Positions 12,131 to 22,826 of a stretch of 64,000 nt of DNA are shown here, piece after piece. Position 1 is the first letter of the stretch. Each line of letters opens with the position of its first letter. The notes under the pieces were generated by a model. The model worked only from the letters and a program-made list of their open reading frames with translations. It was not told the DNA's origin and did no database searches. This DNA is from Eledone cirrhosa (taxonomy: Eukaryota): positions 176,762,001 through 176,826,000 of the forward strand of contig OZ024742.1 in the NCBI GenBank assembly GCA_964016885.1, written 5' to 3'. Made by a program: the position numbers and the translations under genes.

Positions 12131-15100
12131 TAATAATAATAATAATGAAATTATTGTGTAAAGTACTCAGGGGCACTACGACTCATCAAAGGTGCATGTA
12201 TAGTACATAGAATAATATACAAATGTCAGGAAAGTGAATAGTGTTTGAGTCATGATATACATGTGTGTATGTGTGTGGAGGCGGAACATTAGGTGTTGGC
12301 GAATCTCGGGAAGCATGGAGGTTTTAAAGGATGCAGTGTCTCGACAGCTAACAACTGATGCAAGTAGTTTTTTCCCTGCTTCAGCAACTCTGAGCGTGAA
12401 AAAATGTTTCAGAAATTCATCGGAACTGTGCTGTTTTCTGACTTTGTGGGCATGTTCACGTGTTTTAGACACATGGAAATCAAAAAGGTACTGAGGGTTG
12501 TTGTTGGCAAGATGGTTAACAATTTTGTGGGTGTTTACCAAGTCAGTTGCCGGGCGTCGGAGCTTCAATGTATCCATGGCCAGGGAAGCAAGGCGTTCAG
12601 AGTATGGTAGATACCTGATGGAGGGTATTCGCTTGGTTGCACATCTCTGAACAGTTTCCAGGCGGTCAATGTTCTGAGCAAGATAGGGGTTCCAGACTGG
12701 TGATACAAATTCTAAGTGTGGCCGCACCATTGCCATGTACAGCCTTAAATAGATAGCTGGAGAGCGGCTGACAAAGGTCTTGCTGAGTAATGCTAAGACA
12801 CCCTCAGCTCTCTTGACACTTTTAGAGACGTGCTTCGTCCAACGCAAATCGCTGCTGACCCTAATGCCCGCGTCACGTTACGAGAAAACTTCTTGATATT
12901 AGTGCTGTGGAGGGAGTATGTGGACGTTGGGTTTTTCTCCCAAAAGGCATGGTGGTGCACTTGTCCAGAGCTAGCTTGAATTGCCAGTCTGAGATCCATT
13001 GTTGCATTGTGTCTAGGTCAGACTGCAAGCAAGATCTATAGTGTTCAGGATCTGTCCTTTTTATCTCAAGGTACAGCTTGATGTCATCTGCGTACTTTAG
13101 TACTGTGGCATTCTTTAAGTTTGCATCTATGTCATTAATATATGTCACAAACAAAAGGGGGCCAAGAACAGAACCCTGTGGTACACCAGATAACATCTCA
13201 TATGGTGAGGAATGCTGTCCTAGAATCGTGACTACCTCTCTTCGACTGAGAATAAAGGACTTTAACAAGTTAAAAAAGATCATCCTTCACACCCATTGCA
13301 GAGAGTTTTGCCATAAGCCTTTTTTGTGGCACAGAATTGAAAGTTTTCGCAAAGTCAAGGTAAACAACATCCACCCATGAGCCGCCATCAGTGATCCAGG
13401 TGATGTCTTCAAGAAACTCGATAAGTTGATCACAGCATCTGGAGTTGGGGATAAATCTAAATTGCGAGGGCCGGATAAGACTGAGAGAGTTCCAGAAGTT
13501 CCAAAGTGTTTCTCTGACACAGGGTTCCATCAGTTTGGCAATGCAACTAGTAAGACTGACTGGACGATAGTTCACAGGTGATGTGCGGTCACCCTTTTTT
13601 GAACAGAGGAATGACACTGGCTGTTCTGGAGTAGCACCGTTGTTCAGACAGAATTGGAAGAAGCGTGATAGCTGGTGCAGAAGGTAGTACCCACCACGTT
13701 TAAGAAGCAGGTACGTAACACCATCAAGACCAGAAGAGGCATGGTTGCATTTATCTTTTAGGTGACGTCGCAGCATTGCAGGTGTAAATTCCATGGTTGT
13801 AATAGAGTCCGGTGTCATAGGTGGTGGAGACGGCATACTCTGGTCTTCAATAGTGAAAATGCCTGCATAGCATTCAACAATGAGCTTTGCACATTCTTGG
13901 GGTCGTCAGTAACCTGGCTTGTGTGGGGAATGTGAAGAGGACCAACTGGAGAGTGAGGCCTCTGCTTTGAGTGAACATACTTCCAGAACACCTTACTGTC
14001 AGGGCTGGTTGCTATGCACTGCTCAAATTGAAGCACTGCCTCTTTTGTCACCTGTTTGAGGTGGTTGGACGAATTATTTCGCCTCTTCCTATTGATGTCT
14101 GATTTGTGCAGTTTGTACTCACGTTCAGCATTGCGACGTTCTTTTCTGGCAAGACGGACTGCTGCAGTCTCCAAAATTGTACTTTTGGGATGTTTGTTCC
14201 GTTTACGTGGCACCGATGCTGCTCATGCTGTCCATATTGAGCTCAGGATGTTCTGGAGTACAGTATTGACATCTCCAGAGTCGTAGATCTCAAACCAGTT
14301 TGGACGTTGCAGCTCGGTGCAGTAACAGTTCCAGTCTGCTTTATTTCAGTCAAAGTGAGCAGTTTGGAGATGGTTGTGGTTCTTGTTGCTGCCCATGAGG
14401 GATAGATTGGCAATGATCATAGCATGATCAGAGTCACCTAAAGGTTCCTCAGCAGTATCACTAATGACCGTGTCAAGAGTAGTGGTGAAGAGTAGGTCCT
14501 AAATGTTGTCACCACTTGTTGGGAAGGTGACTACTTGGGACAATTCGAGTCCAGCACTAGCACAAGGAAGTCATTTGCACTTGGCGGCCAACGAAAGGTT
14601 TCCCAGTCAATCTCAGGGTGATTGAAGTCTCCTGCAATAAAAACATAAGTGGCTGTTTTCCTGGCAGCAGCTCTGAGGATATCACAAAGTTGAGTGTCCT
14701 GATGGTAATTTGAGGGACGGTAAATGACTCCAAGTAGCAGTGTTGACATGGTCATACGTATAACGCAGAAAAAAACTTCCTGCTGTGATTGGTTCAAATC
14801 AACACAAGGAATTGCAGACAAATTTGACCGAACGTAGAATATTACACCACCACCACCACGATTAATGCGGTCTTTACGAAACAGGTTGTAGCCAGTTATA
14901 CTGAAAACCCCATTACAGAGTAAGGGATGTGCCCAAGTTTCCATGGCTGTAATGAAGTCAGGGTTGATACTTTTGACGTAGGAGTCAAAAAGATGAATCG
15001 TATTGCATAGAATACCTGCATTCAAGGACAACAATTTGTAACTTGATTCCAGTATATGATTATGTTCAGGGGTGGCAGGTTGTGCTGATTTAGTTTCCCA

Positions 15101-16450
15101 GAGTTTTTTCAGTTTTTTTTATTGTCAGTTGTTGTGGGTACAGTGTTTTCAGACCAGCTGGTATCTCTTTTCGATGTTTCACCAGCCTTAACAAACTTCC
15201 ATATCTGCCCATCATCACGTAGGCTTAAGCTTTCATGTTCTGCCAAGCTGCGGTTTAAGGAAGCTGCAGCACGCAACTTTGGGCGGACATCAGGTTGAAG
15301 ACCAGGGCGTGTTCGGAAAGCAATCCGACATTCACGCCTAGCTTTATCAGAGGCTACAAGGTATGAACGTGCCTCAGTTGAGTTCGAAAAAGACAGTCTA
15401 GTTAGCCTGGGTTTCGGGCCTGGTCGGCCAAGGCGTACAGCACCCTTCGCGGAAGCACAGCCCAAGTATTTGGATGAACTGACAGCAAATGACTGAAGAT
15501 CAACTCTGTCTTCTGGTACACCAATGGCAATCACTTCGTGGTTTGCAGATTCAGTGGCATTCTCAATGAGTTTAGGTTCTACATGAGTTACACGGAGATT
15601 GTTTAACAAGGCACTCCGGTAAGATCCCTCATTGTCAGGTTCTACACAAACACTTGATTTTATTCCCGCTATTTCTCGGCTTAAAGCGGAAATCATTTGC
15701 CTATTTCCTCAAACTCCGTATTGACGGTCGATTTTTGTTGTTCTTCTTCTTCAGCAGGCATGGTAGGGGAAGACACAGTCGTCGGTTGTTGTTGTTGAAA
15801 AGTAACAGGGGAGGAAGACATGGGTTGTTGTTGTTGATGAAGTCCTTCAACGGGGGTAGTAGCATGAGCTACGGTCGTTGGTTTTTGCTGTTGTTCAGGA
15901 ACAATGGTAGAGGAAGACATGATCTTCGGGTTTTTTGTTGTTGTTCAGCAGCAATGGTAGAGGCAGACATACAAGAGGAAGACACGATCTTCGGTTTTTG
16001 TTGTTGTTGTTGTTGTTCAGGAACAATAGTAATGGAAGACTCGATCTTCAGTTTTTGTTGTTGTTGTTCAGCAGCAATGGTAGAAGCAGACATACAAGAG
16101 GAAGACACGATCTTCGGTTTTTGTTGTTGTTCAGTAGCAACAATTTGTTAGCTGGACCATCTCCCAGAGTCCATCCATCATAGCAATATGATGTCTCTTT
16201 TTTTGGCCTGGGATCTTCCGGAAGCATGTGGCGCATGTATAATTAAAATGTGTATGTGGGTTAGAAGCGAAGTCAATGTTCAGAAATATTTTACAAATGT
16301 ACGTAAGATTGGCCGGTATAGTGTCTCACACGAAATAGTGTGGTTGCTTTTCATTTGTGTGTATATGTGTGTGGTATGTATCTGTATATAGATTTGTGTG
16401 TATTTTGTTGTTTATATGTTTTGTGAAGTACTTACTGCGATCCCTAAGGG
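12131..16450 (-). mobile_element. Near full-length decayed CR1/L2-group non-LTR retrotransposon (ORF1 plus APE-RT ORF2); 5' boundary approximate
   Basis: APE motifs (SLNA, METW, RKDR, IYRP, GDFNHP) in 15034-14531; RT motifs YLDFAKTFNSV, GVPQGSVLGPLLF, KYADD and VRPHLEF..VWNP; ORF1-like RLGR region at 15696-15109; (ATT)n 3' tail at about 12131-12145; several frameshifts. Confidence 0.93.
15770..16145 (-). repeat. Imperfect minisatellite with poly-Gln-coding units at the ORF1 N-terminus of the LINE
   Basis: Repeated GATCTTCGGTTTTTGTTGTTGTTCAG..AATGGTAGAGG units of about 45-70 bp; two ~120-bp near-identical blocks. Confidence 0.8.
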
Positions 16451-17039
16451 ATGTAGTGATTTGTTTTTTGTTTTTGTTTTTTGTTTTTCCCTGTCCATGG
16501 TCACACGTGGTTTGTTGGCGAATATCAAATCAAATCAAATATGCTTTGTTAAAATAATTCTATGTTGAAGCTGGTACTAGTTGTTAGGAAACAGTCAAAG
16601 TATTTGTAATAATGAATATTGTAATCCATTTGACATGTGTTTAGAGGGCAATTTTTTGTGAAAATATTATATTTTGTTTGGTCAAGACGTGGTAAAGCGT
16701 ACTTCATTGTCGCCATTTTTTTCAGCAGACGCAATCTTCTTCAGCACCTAATTGTGTCTCCATATGTATCTACCCTCTGCTAGTGCTACTCTGCTTGAGC
16801 TCAGAACGTGTTCCACTGTCTGTCTACTCTGTGAGAGTGGGCACTTGCGGTTATCTGATTTGCCTTGCTCCATTTGACTAAATTCGTGTTATGGACAGAT
16901 CTGAAGAGACAACTAATTCTGAGAGGCCCCCATATGCCACAAATTATTCCAACTGAGACACTTCTGAAGTGCTTCTTCCAACGTCGTCATCTGGCCCCGT
17001 TGGCTCTGCCAAACTACCTTCCGGAGTCTTTATAAATAA

Positions 17040-20000
17040 TCCCAGCAATCCACGCCTCAAACATGCCTTTGTGTATGTTGGAAGAACTTGTCCGTCTAAC
17101 GTTCGGAGATCATCAAAGCAGGTAGGCCCCCTGACCTCATGTAGTAGCATGCGAAGATAGAAGCACTCGTGTTGGTTTGGGGGCACAGTATAAACTCTGC
17201 CCAAGCACTCGTTGAACTTGATGCCTGGATAACCTTCGACACACTGTCCTGTTTTTCTTCGCTTCCATGTATTTTTGTCCCAGGTATAGTAAGATGGGAC
17301 TTGTGGATATAGTAAGGTTTTAGCAAATTGATCTTCTTGACATAGTTTAAAGAAAGCGGTAAGAGTAGTATCCTTTGGTTCTTGTGCTAAGTGAGCAGCT
17401 GATACATTCGTAAAATATATTCTCTGACCGTTCTCCAGGTGCACTTGAAGTTTTTGAACAGCAGGATGCCGTTGATTTATAAAAAATACGAAAATCCGCC
17501 AGAGTTAATGTATCTTCAAATCCGCATTAGAGTTAATGTATCTTCCAGTTTTGTACTGGGTCACTTCATCTCGGCTGTTTTCCCGAAGTAATCCAAACAT
17601 AGCAGCATCAGAGCCTTTATTAATGTACTTACAAACAAATGTATTTCATAGATTTAATCGAATTACAGTATTCTACGTTTATGTGTGCATCAAAAATCTT
17701 TATAAGGAGTGGATTATATGGAACAACCCATCTGTTGTCGGCCTCATGTTTGCCAACCCTTGCTGTGAATCCACCATGTTTGGATCTTCTCCGGCGATTT
17801 AGTGGGTATCCATCATGACCAGTCTGAGTGTCCTTAAGGAACTGTCGGGGACATTTCTTTGAGCTTCTAGACTCGTCCTTAACACACGGTAGGTTGCTGT
17901 GAAATCCATGTCCACATGGGCCATGCACCATGAGTGCTTTAACTTTTTGGTAAAGGTCCCTGTCGATTGCCGGATCCGGAAACTCAGCATAAAGGACATT
18001 GTCAATTTCATCTGATCTAAGTTTTGTCTTTAACCAGATCAGAATGTTGGCATGTGGCAAGCCTCGTTTTTGCCACTCAATTGTAAGCATGTCACATTGT
18101 ACTGGGCCAAAGATTTCACCTGTTTTGATCAGTTCCATGAGCTTAATTAACTTAAGATGGAAAACTCTGGCAATAAGATCCTGCCTGGCTGCGGCCTTTT
18201 GACCTGAAAAGAGTTCTTTCTGAATCTCTTCCCATTTTGGGTTTGAAGTGAAAGTAATAAACAAATCTTGTTTACCGAAAAGGCGCACAAAAGTTAAAGC
18301 ATCTTGAAATGTTTCGAGAAAGAACCGAGGACTTCCTGTGAAAGATGAAGGAAGGATGCACAACAGTCCAATACTATCAGTATCTGCATCATTGTTCATT
18401 CCATCACGAAGGTGAATGTAAGTGTCACAGCGAAGTTGTTTCTGATTAAGTCGAATGAAGCCTAATCTCTCGGACTCCATTCTTGCGAACATGTCAACTG
18501 CCAATTGATTGAAGAGGTATTGTGATCGGTGCAGCTGGTTGAAGCAGTTGTCGCGGATCATGAACCGGAAACCGTAAAGATCCATGCACGTGACAATTTT
18601 CGTGGTATGCTCATCTTGTTTGTGGAATTAATTTGATGAATTCCGAAATGGTATCCATCCTCACCATAAACAAATATTAGCGGATACTGGAATGCGTCGT
18701 AAGATCGATGGCTTTCACTTATTCTGTTAAGGCTGTTGTCTCGTCGCTTGATAATAATGTCTCTCTGATTGTGCTCCTCTCCACTAATAACGATGGCTAC
18801 CTCATTACAAGTAAGTGCATTATACCGGCCCGCATACTCCCCAGATGGTCTCTCATCAGCGTAAATGACGATATCGTAATTTGGCGAAGGTTCTTCTTCT
18901 AAAGCACACTTGAAGCTTTGAATGTAGCTATTGTTAGAGTGAAGCATGTCTTGGAAATCAATCAAGAGTTCCAGTTTAGTGTCTGAAGTGTACGATTGCC
19001 GTAGATCTGTTTGCTGATGACAGTTAACAATAAAGTAAAGCAGTACAAATTGTGGCTCTTCAGTAGGCAACGGTTGCAGTGATCCAATGAGATGATACAG
19101 CTGGCCCTGTACTTTGAAAGTCGGCATAAATCCATCTTCCTTCAGACGTTTTGCACCGAAAGAGGTCATTTGAAACGCAATATTGTACTGTCGGATATGC
19201 TTCATAAAATCACGTGATTGTGAATGCTTACCTGTTAGAAGCATCTGGAGAGGTTGCGGTGGGCAAATTAACCTTACCGTTGGAGCAGCACATTCCAGTT
19301 GATCCCCGCCGAAACACTTTTTAGCTTTACAATGTTGGCAAGTATTTGACATGGCATATATTTGAATATCAGGATGGATTTGATAGTTTACATTAGGGCC
19401 ATAATTAACTGCTTATGGTACCATCGTGAGCGTGATGCCTTTGAAATACCCCGCGATAAAGCTCTACGTTGGGCGTTACCCTCCAGCCGAATAGCTCGAC
19501 TTGTTACAGTATCTACAGCTCGTGCCGTAGCAGTAGCTGAAGTATTTCTCAAATGCCGACTTTGATGTTCTTGCTCAGTCTCAATTGCTCTTGCTGCAAC
19601 ATAGGTCCCAATTGTTTGAATGGAAAGTCCCATACGATTGTTCTAAAATTAAACAAACCATCATCAACATCTCGTCAATTCAAGAATGCTGCGAGATTAT
19701 GCCCTTAATGTGAAAATGAACACTTAATATAGTGAAACAAGTTAAAACAACAAGTGTTTTTTTAACTTTGAAAGTGCAACAAAGAATAAACAAGAAACAA
19801 ACGCTCGTCAATCAAATGAATGTGATGTTTATATTGAAAAGTATGTTATATCCCTTTTTTATAAGGATTGTCAATAAATTTTCCCTTACATCAATTTTTC
19901 TACCAAACAGTTTGATATCGATTTTTTATTGCTGAACGTGGGTCGATTTGAAAAATGTTTGTGATGTAACAATCTTATCGACCTGTGGAACGTGCCCAGA

Positions 20001-20093
20001 AAGTTTGGTCAAATTCAGTTGGTAATTCTGAAAGCCTTATACATGCCAAGTTGTACACTGACACACACATCCTCGCTTTTATATATATAAAGA
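17040..20093 (-). mobile_element. Helitron, Rep (HUH) region only, frameshifted, helicase absent
   Basis: YNIAFQMTSFG, SYDAFQYPLIF..GEDGY, LPSSFTGSPR, DLFITFTSNPKW, IEWQKRGLPHANIL, WVVPYNPLL, HINVEYC and HLENGQRIYF. Likely 5' end A|TCTTTATATATATAAAAGCGAGG at 20093. Confidence 0.93.
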
Positions 20094-20719
20094 TATATAT
20101 ATATAAAACAGAATCTTAGATCGAATTTCCACCTGCAAATATTCCATTGACATGTTATTTGTGAAACTGAAGCTCCATGGCTCTCGAATAAATTGTTCAC
20201 TTTATCTTACGAGGATTCTGATTCCAAAACACCATGTGGTTACGAAACAAACGTCGAAACCACACAACCATGTTGCACCCATATGTCGGAGATGGTGAAA
20301 TATAACATGGGCCAGTATCAAAAGAAATGGTTAAGTTCTAAACGAATATTATAGAACGAAATTTAAACCCTTTGAAGATAATATCTATTAGTGAATGCCT
20401 TCAAACTAGTGCATACATTAATTAGTTATCAATTAATAGCAGCAACTGATGCTAATAACTGAACCATGTATATCAATGTTCTTCTTTGAAGCTGTCGATT
20501 AGTTGTTAAAAGATAGGTGGAGCAGACAAGACATCTGAATAGTTAAATAGTTCAGTGTTAAGATTCCACGTACCATAGACGGCAACACAATAATTATCTG
20601 GTCGAAGAAACTTATAATTCACTTTATTGTCAATCGGAGGAAAAAGTAAATAGTAAATTACCTATAGAGTGAATAATGCAGCCAAATCTTATATATATAT
20701 GTATATATATATATATAGT

Positions 20720-20903
20720 AATTGTTTCTACTTTTGCCACAAGGCCAGCAATTAACCAGTACATTACTGGTACTTTATTTTATCGACCCCGTAAGGAGGA
20801 AAGGCAAAGTTGACCTCGGATTTGAACTCAGAATGGAAAGGGCCGTAACTCTATGCGTCAAAGCATGACGTCCGACCATCCACCGATACTGCCAATCTAC
20901 CGC
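20720..20903 (-). mobile_element. SINE S1
   Basis: Full-length match to the other S1 copies. Confidence 0.9.
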
Positions 20904-20946
20904 CCTATATATATAGAAATAATAATAAATTTGAAGACTAAATTTA

Positions 20947-21150
20947 ATGACGTATTATGTTCGCTTATTTTCCGTCCATTGCCAGGGAACGTCTCCACAA
21001 ACCAAAGTATCCTCTTACTGTTTTCCTTCGGTTGCAACGTTTTTCGAAATATTTACTTGTGCGTTCACAGAGTGATATTTTTTAGTTTCAGAAGATCCCG
21101 TTAAGGGTGAAAGTAGCGATTCTTTGCTTAAACTTTAATTTTTAATTTTA
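20947..21150 (+). mobile_element. Solo PLE pseudo-LTR fragment (family A) with variant HHR at 21084-21134
   Basis: agttt CAGAAGA t-ccc-gttaa-ggg-t GAAA gtag-cgattct-ttgc TT aaact, followed by AATAAA and (TA)n. Confidence 0.75.
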
Positions 21151-21154
21151 ATAA

Positions 21155-21187
<33 letters not shown>

Positions 21188-21540
21188 CTTAATACATTAA
21201 CAGAGAAAGCTATTAGCGATACTGCGACCAAATTCCATCTCACTCAACAAACATTTGGAAATACCTAGGTATATTCCCAATTACACGTTTGGGGTGCTAA
21301 CTATATTGTATTATGTGGAGAGTCGGCTTTATTATTTTATATGAGACATAATTAAATAAATCTCACTTTCCATACAATCGTTTCGTTATAAGATTTCTAC
21401 AAGGTGGGAGTAAAAAGTCCAAGTTAAGTTGAAGCTTGCATATGATCAACAGATTTACGTGCAAGTGGGCTCTTATAACTCTTCAGTGGAATGCCAAAGC
21501 AATATCAATATAAAAAACTACATCGATATTAATATTCAAT

Positions 21541-21617
21541 GACGGACACGTGTAATGATTTCGGAGGAAATTCCTTCACTGGAGGAATTTGCTCCGAAAT
21601 CATTAGACGTGTCCGTC
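21541..21617. other. 77-nt near-perfect hairpin
   Basis: 35-bp arms, 7-nt loop, two single mismatches. Confidence 0.9.
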
Positions 21618-21733
21618 GAACCTGCAGATCCAGAAGCAGACAGATCCACACAATGATCGTGTCTCCAGCTGTCCGCCGGCCAAACAATTGTAACATACAA
21701 TAAATTGAGTTCAGATGCATCACTGATTTTTCG

Positions 21734-21804
<71 letters not shown>

Positions 21805-21806
<2 letters not shown>

Positions 21807-22826
21807 GTTCAATCATCTGGCTGGATGATATACGTTGCTGACGATAGCTAATAAGCTTGAAAATAGTACACGTTCCTTTGTCAGTGTTGAATAAACGAGC
21901 AACGATGGTTGCTAGACACTACGGCTTAATACGGGATGTTTGTTTACAAACACACCGAGCATTATAATAACTGTTCGCTGAATCCATACGTACATTTATA
22001 TATGTGTGCATGTATGCATATATATATACATACTACTGTACGTCTGTATACATATATGTATGTACGTATACATACTTATATTTAAGTGACAGCCGTACTA
22101 GGAGTGGTAAACGAAATTTCGTTTCATTTTTTCCGTTTATCGTTTTCGTTGGACCCGGCCGAATAACCCACTCGATATGAAAATTAGGCTGCTCAGCCGT
22201 TAATATGCATAAGGAATGTATATACTTTCAGACGTTCAATCATCTGGCAGGAAGGTATACCTTGCTTACGAAGCTAATAAGCTTGAAACTAGTACAGCGT
22301 TCCTTTGTCAGTGTTGAACAAACGATCAACGATGGTTGCTAGACACTACGGCTTAATAAGGGATGTTTGTTTACAAACACACCGAGCATTATAATAAATG
22401 TTGGGTGAATCTATACGTACATATATATATGTGTGCATGTATGTATATATATATACATACTACTGTACGTCTGTATACATATATGTATGTACGTATACAT
22501 ACTTATATTTAAGTAACAGCCGTACTAAGAGTGGGAAATGAAATTACGTTTCATCTTTTTCGGTGCACCTGGCCGATTAACCCACTCGATATACAAATTA
22601 GTCTGCTCAGCCGTTAATATGCATAAGGAAAGTATATACTTTCAGACGTTCAATCATCTGGCAGGAAGGTATATGTTGCTGACGATAACTAATAAGCTTG
22701 AAACTAGTACAGCGTTCGTTTGTCAGTGTTGAACAAACGAGCAACGATGGTTGCTAGACACTACGACTTAATACGGGATGTTTGTTTACTAACACACCGA
22801 GCATTATAATAAATGTTCGGTGAATC
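21805..22826 (+). mobile_element. Tandem array (~2.4 units of ~420 bp), one type-I HHR per unit (family B; retrozyme-like)
   Basis: Unit starts at 21805, 22232 and 22646. HHR cores at 21838, 22265 and 22679; consensus cgttg CTGACGA t-agc-taataa-gct-t GAAAC-ta-GTA cagcg. No ORF. Confidence 0.8.

Noticed and set aside
16561-16600. CTAG|T at 16577-16580 as the Helitron 3' end
   Set aside because: No subterminal GC-rich hairpin; 16525-16940 looks more like a decayed LINE 3' end with a (TTTGA)n tail.
21415-21495. Minus-strand CTGAAGA followed by a ~50-nt hairpin
   Set aside because: The GAAA half of the core is missing.
21805-22826. CRISPR-like interpretation of the regularly spaced repeats
   Set aside because: The whole ~420-bp unit repeats, there are no unique spacers or cas genes, and the context is eukaryotic.
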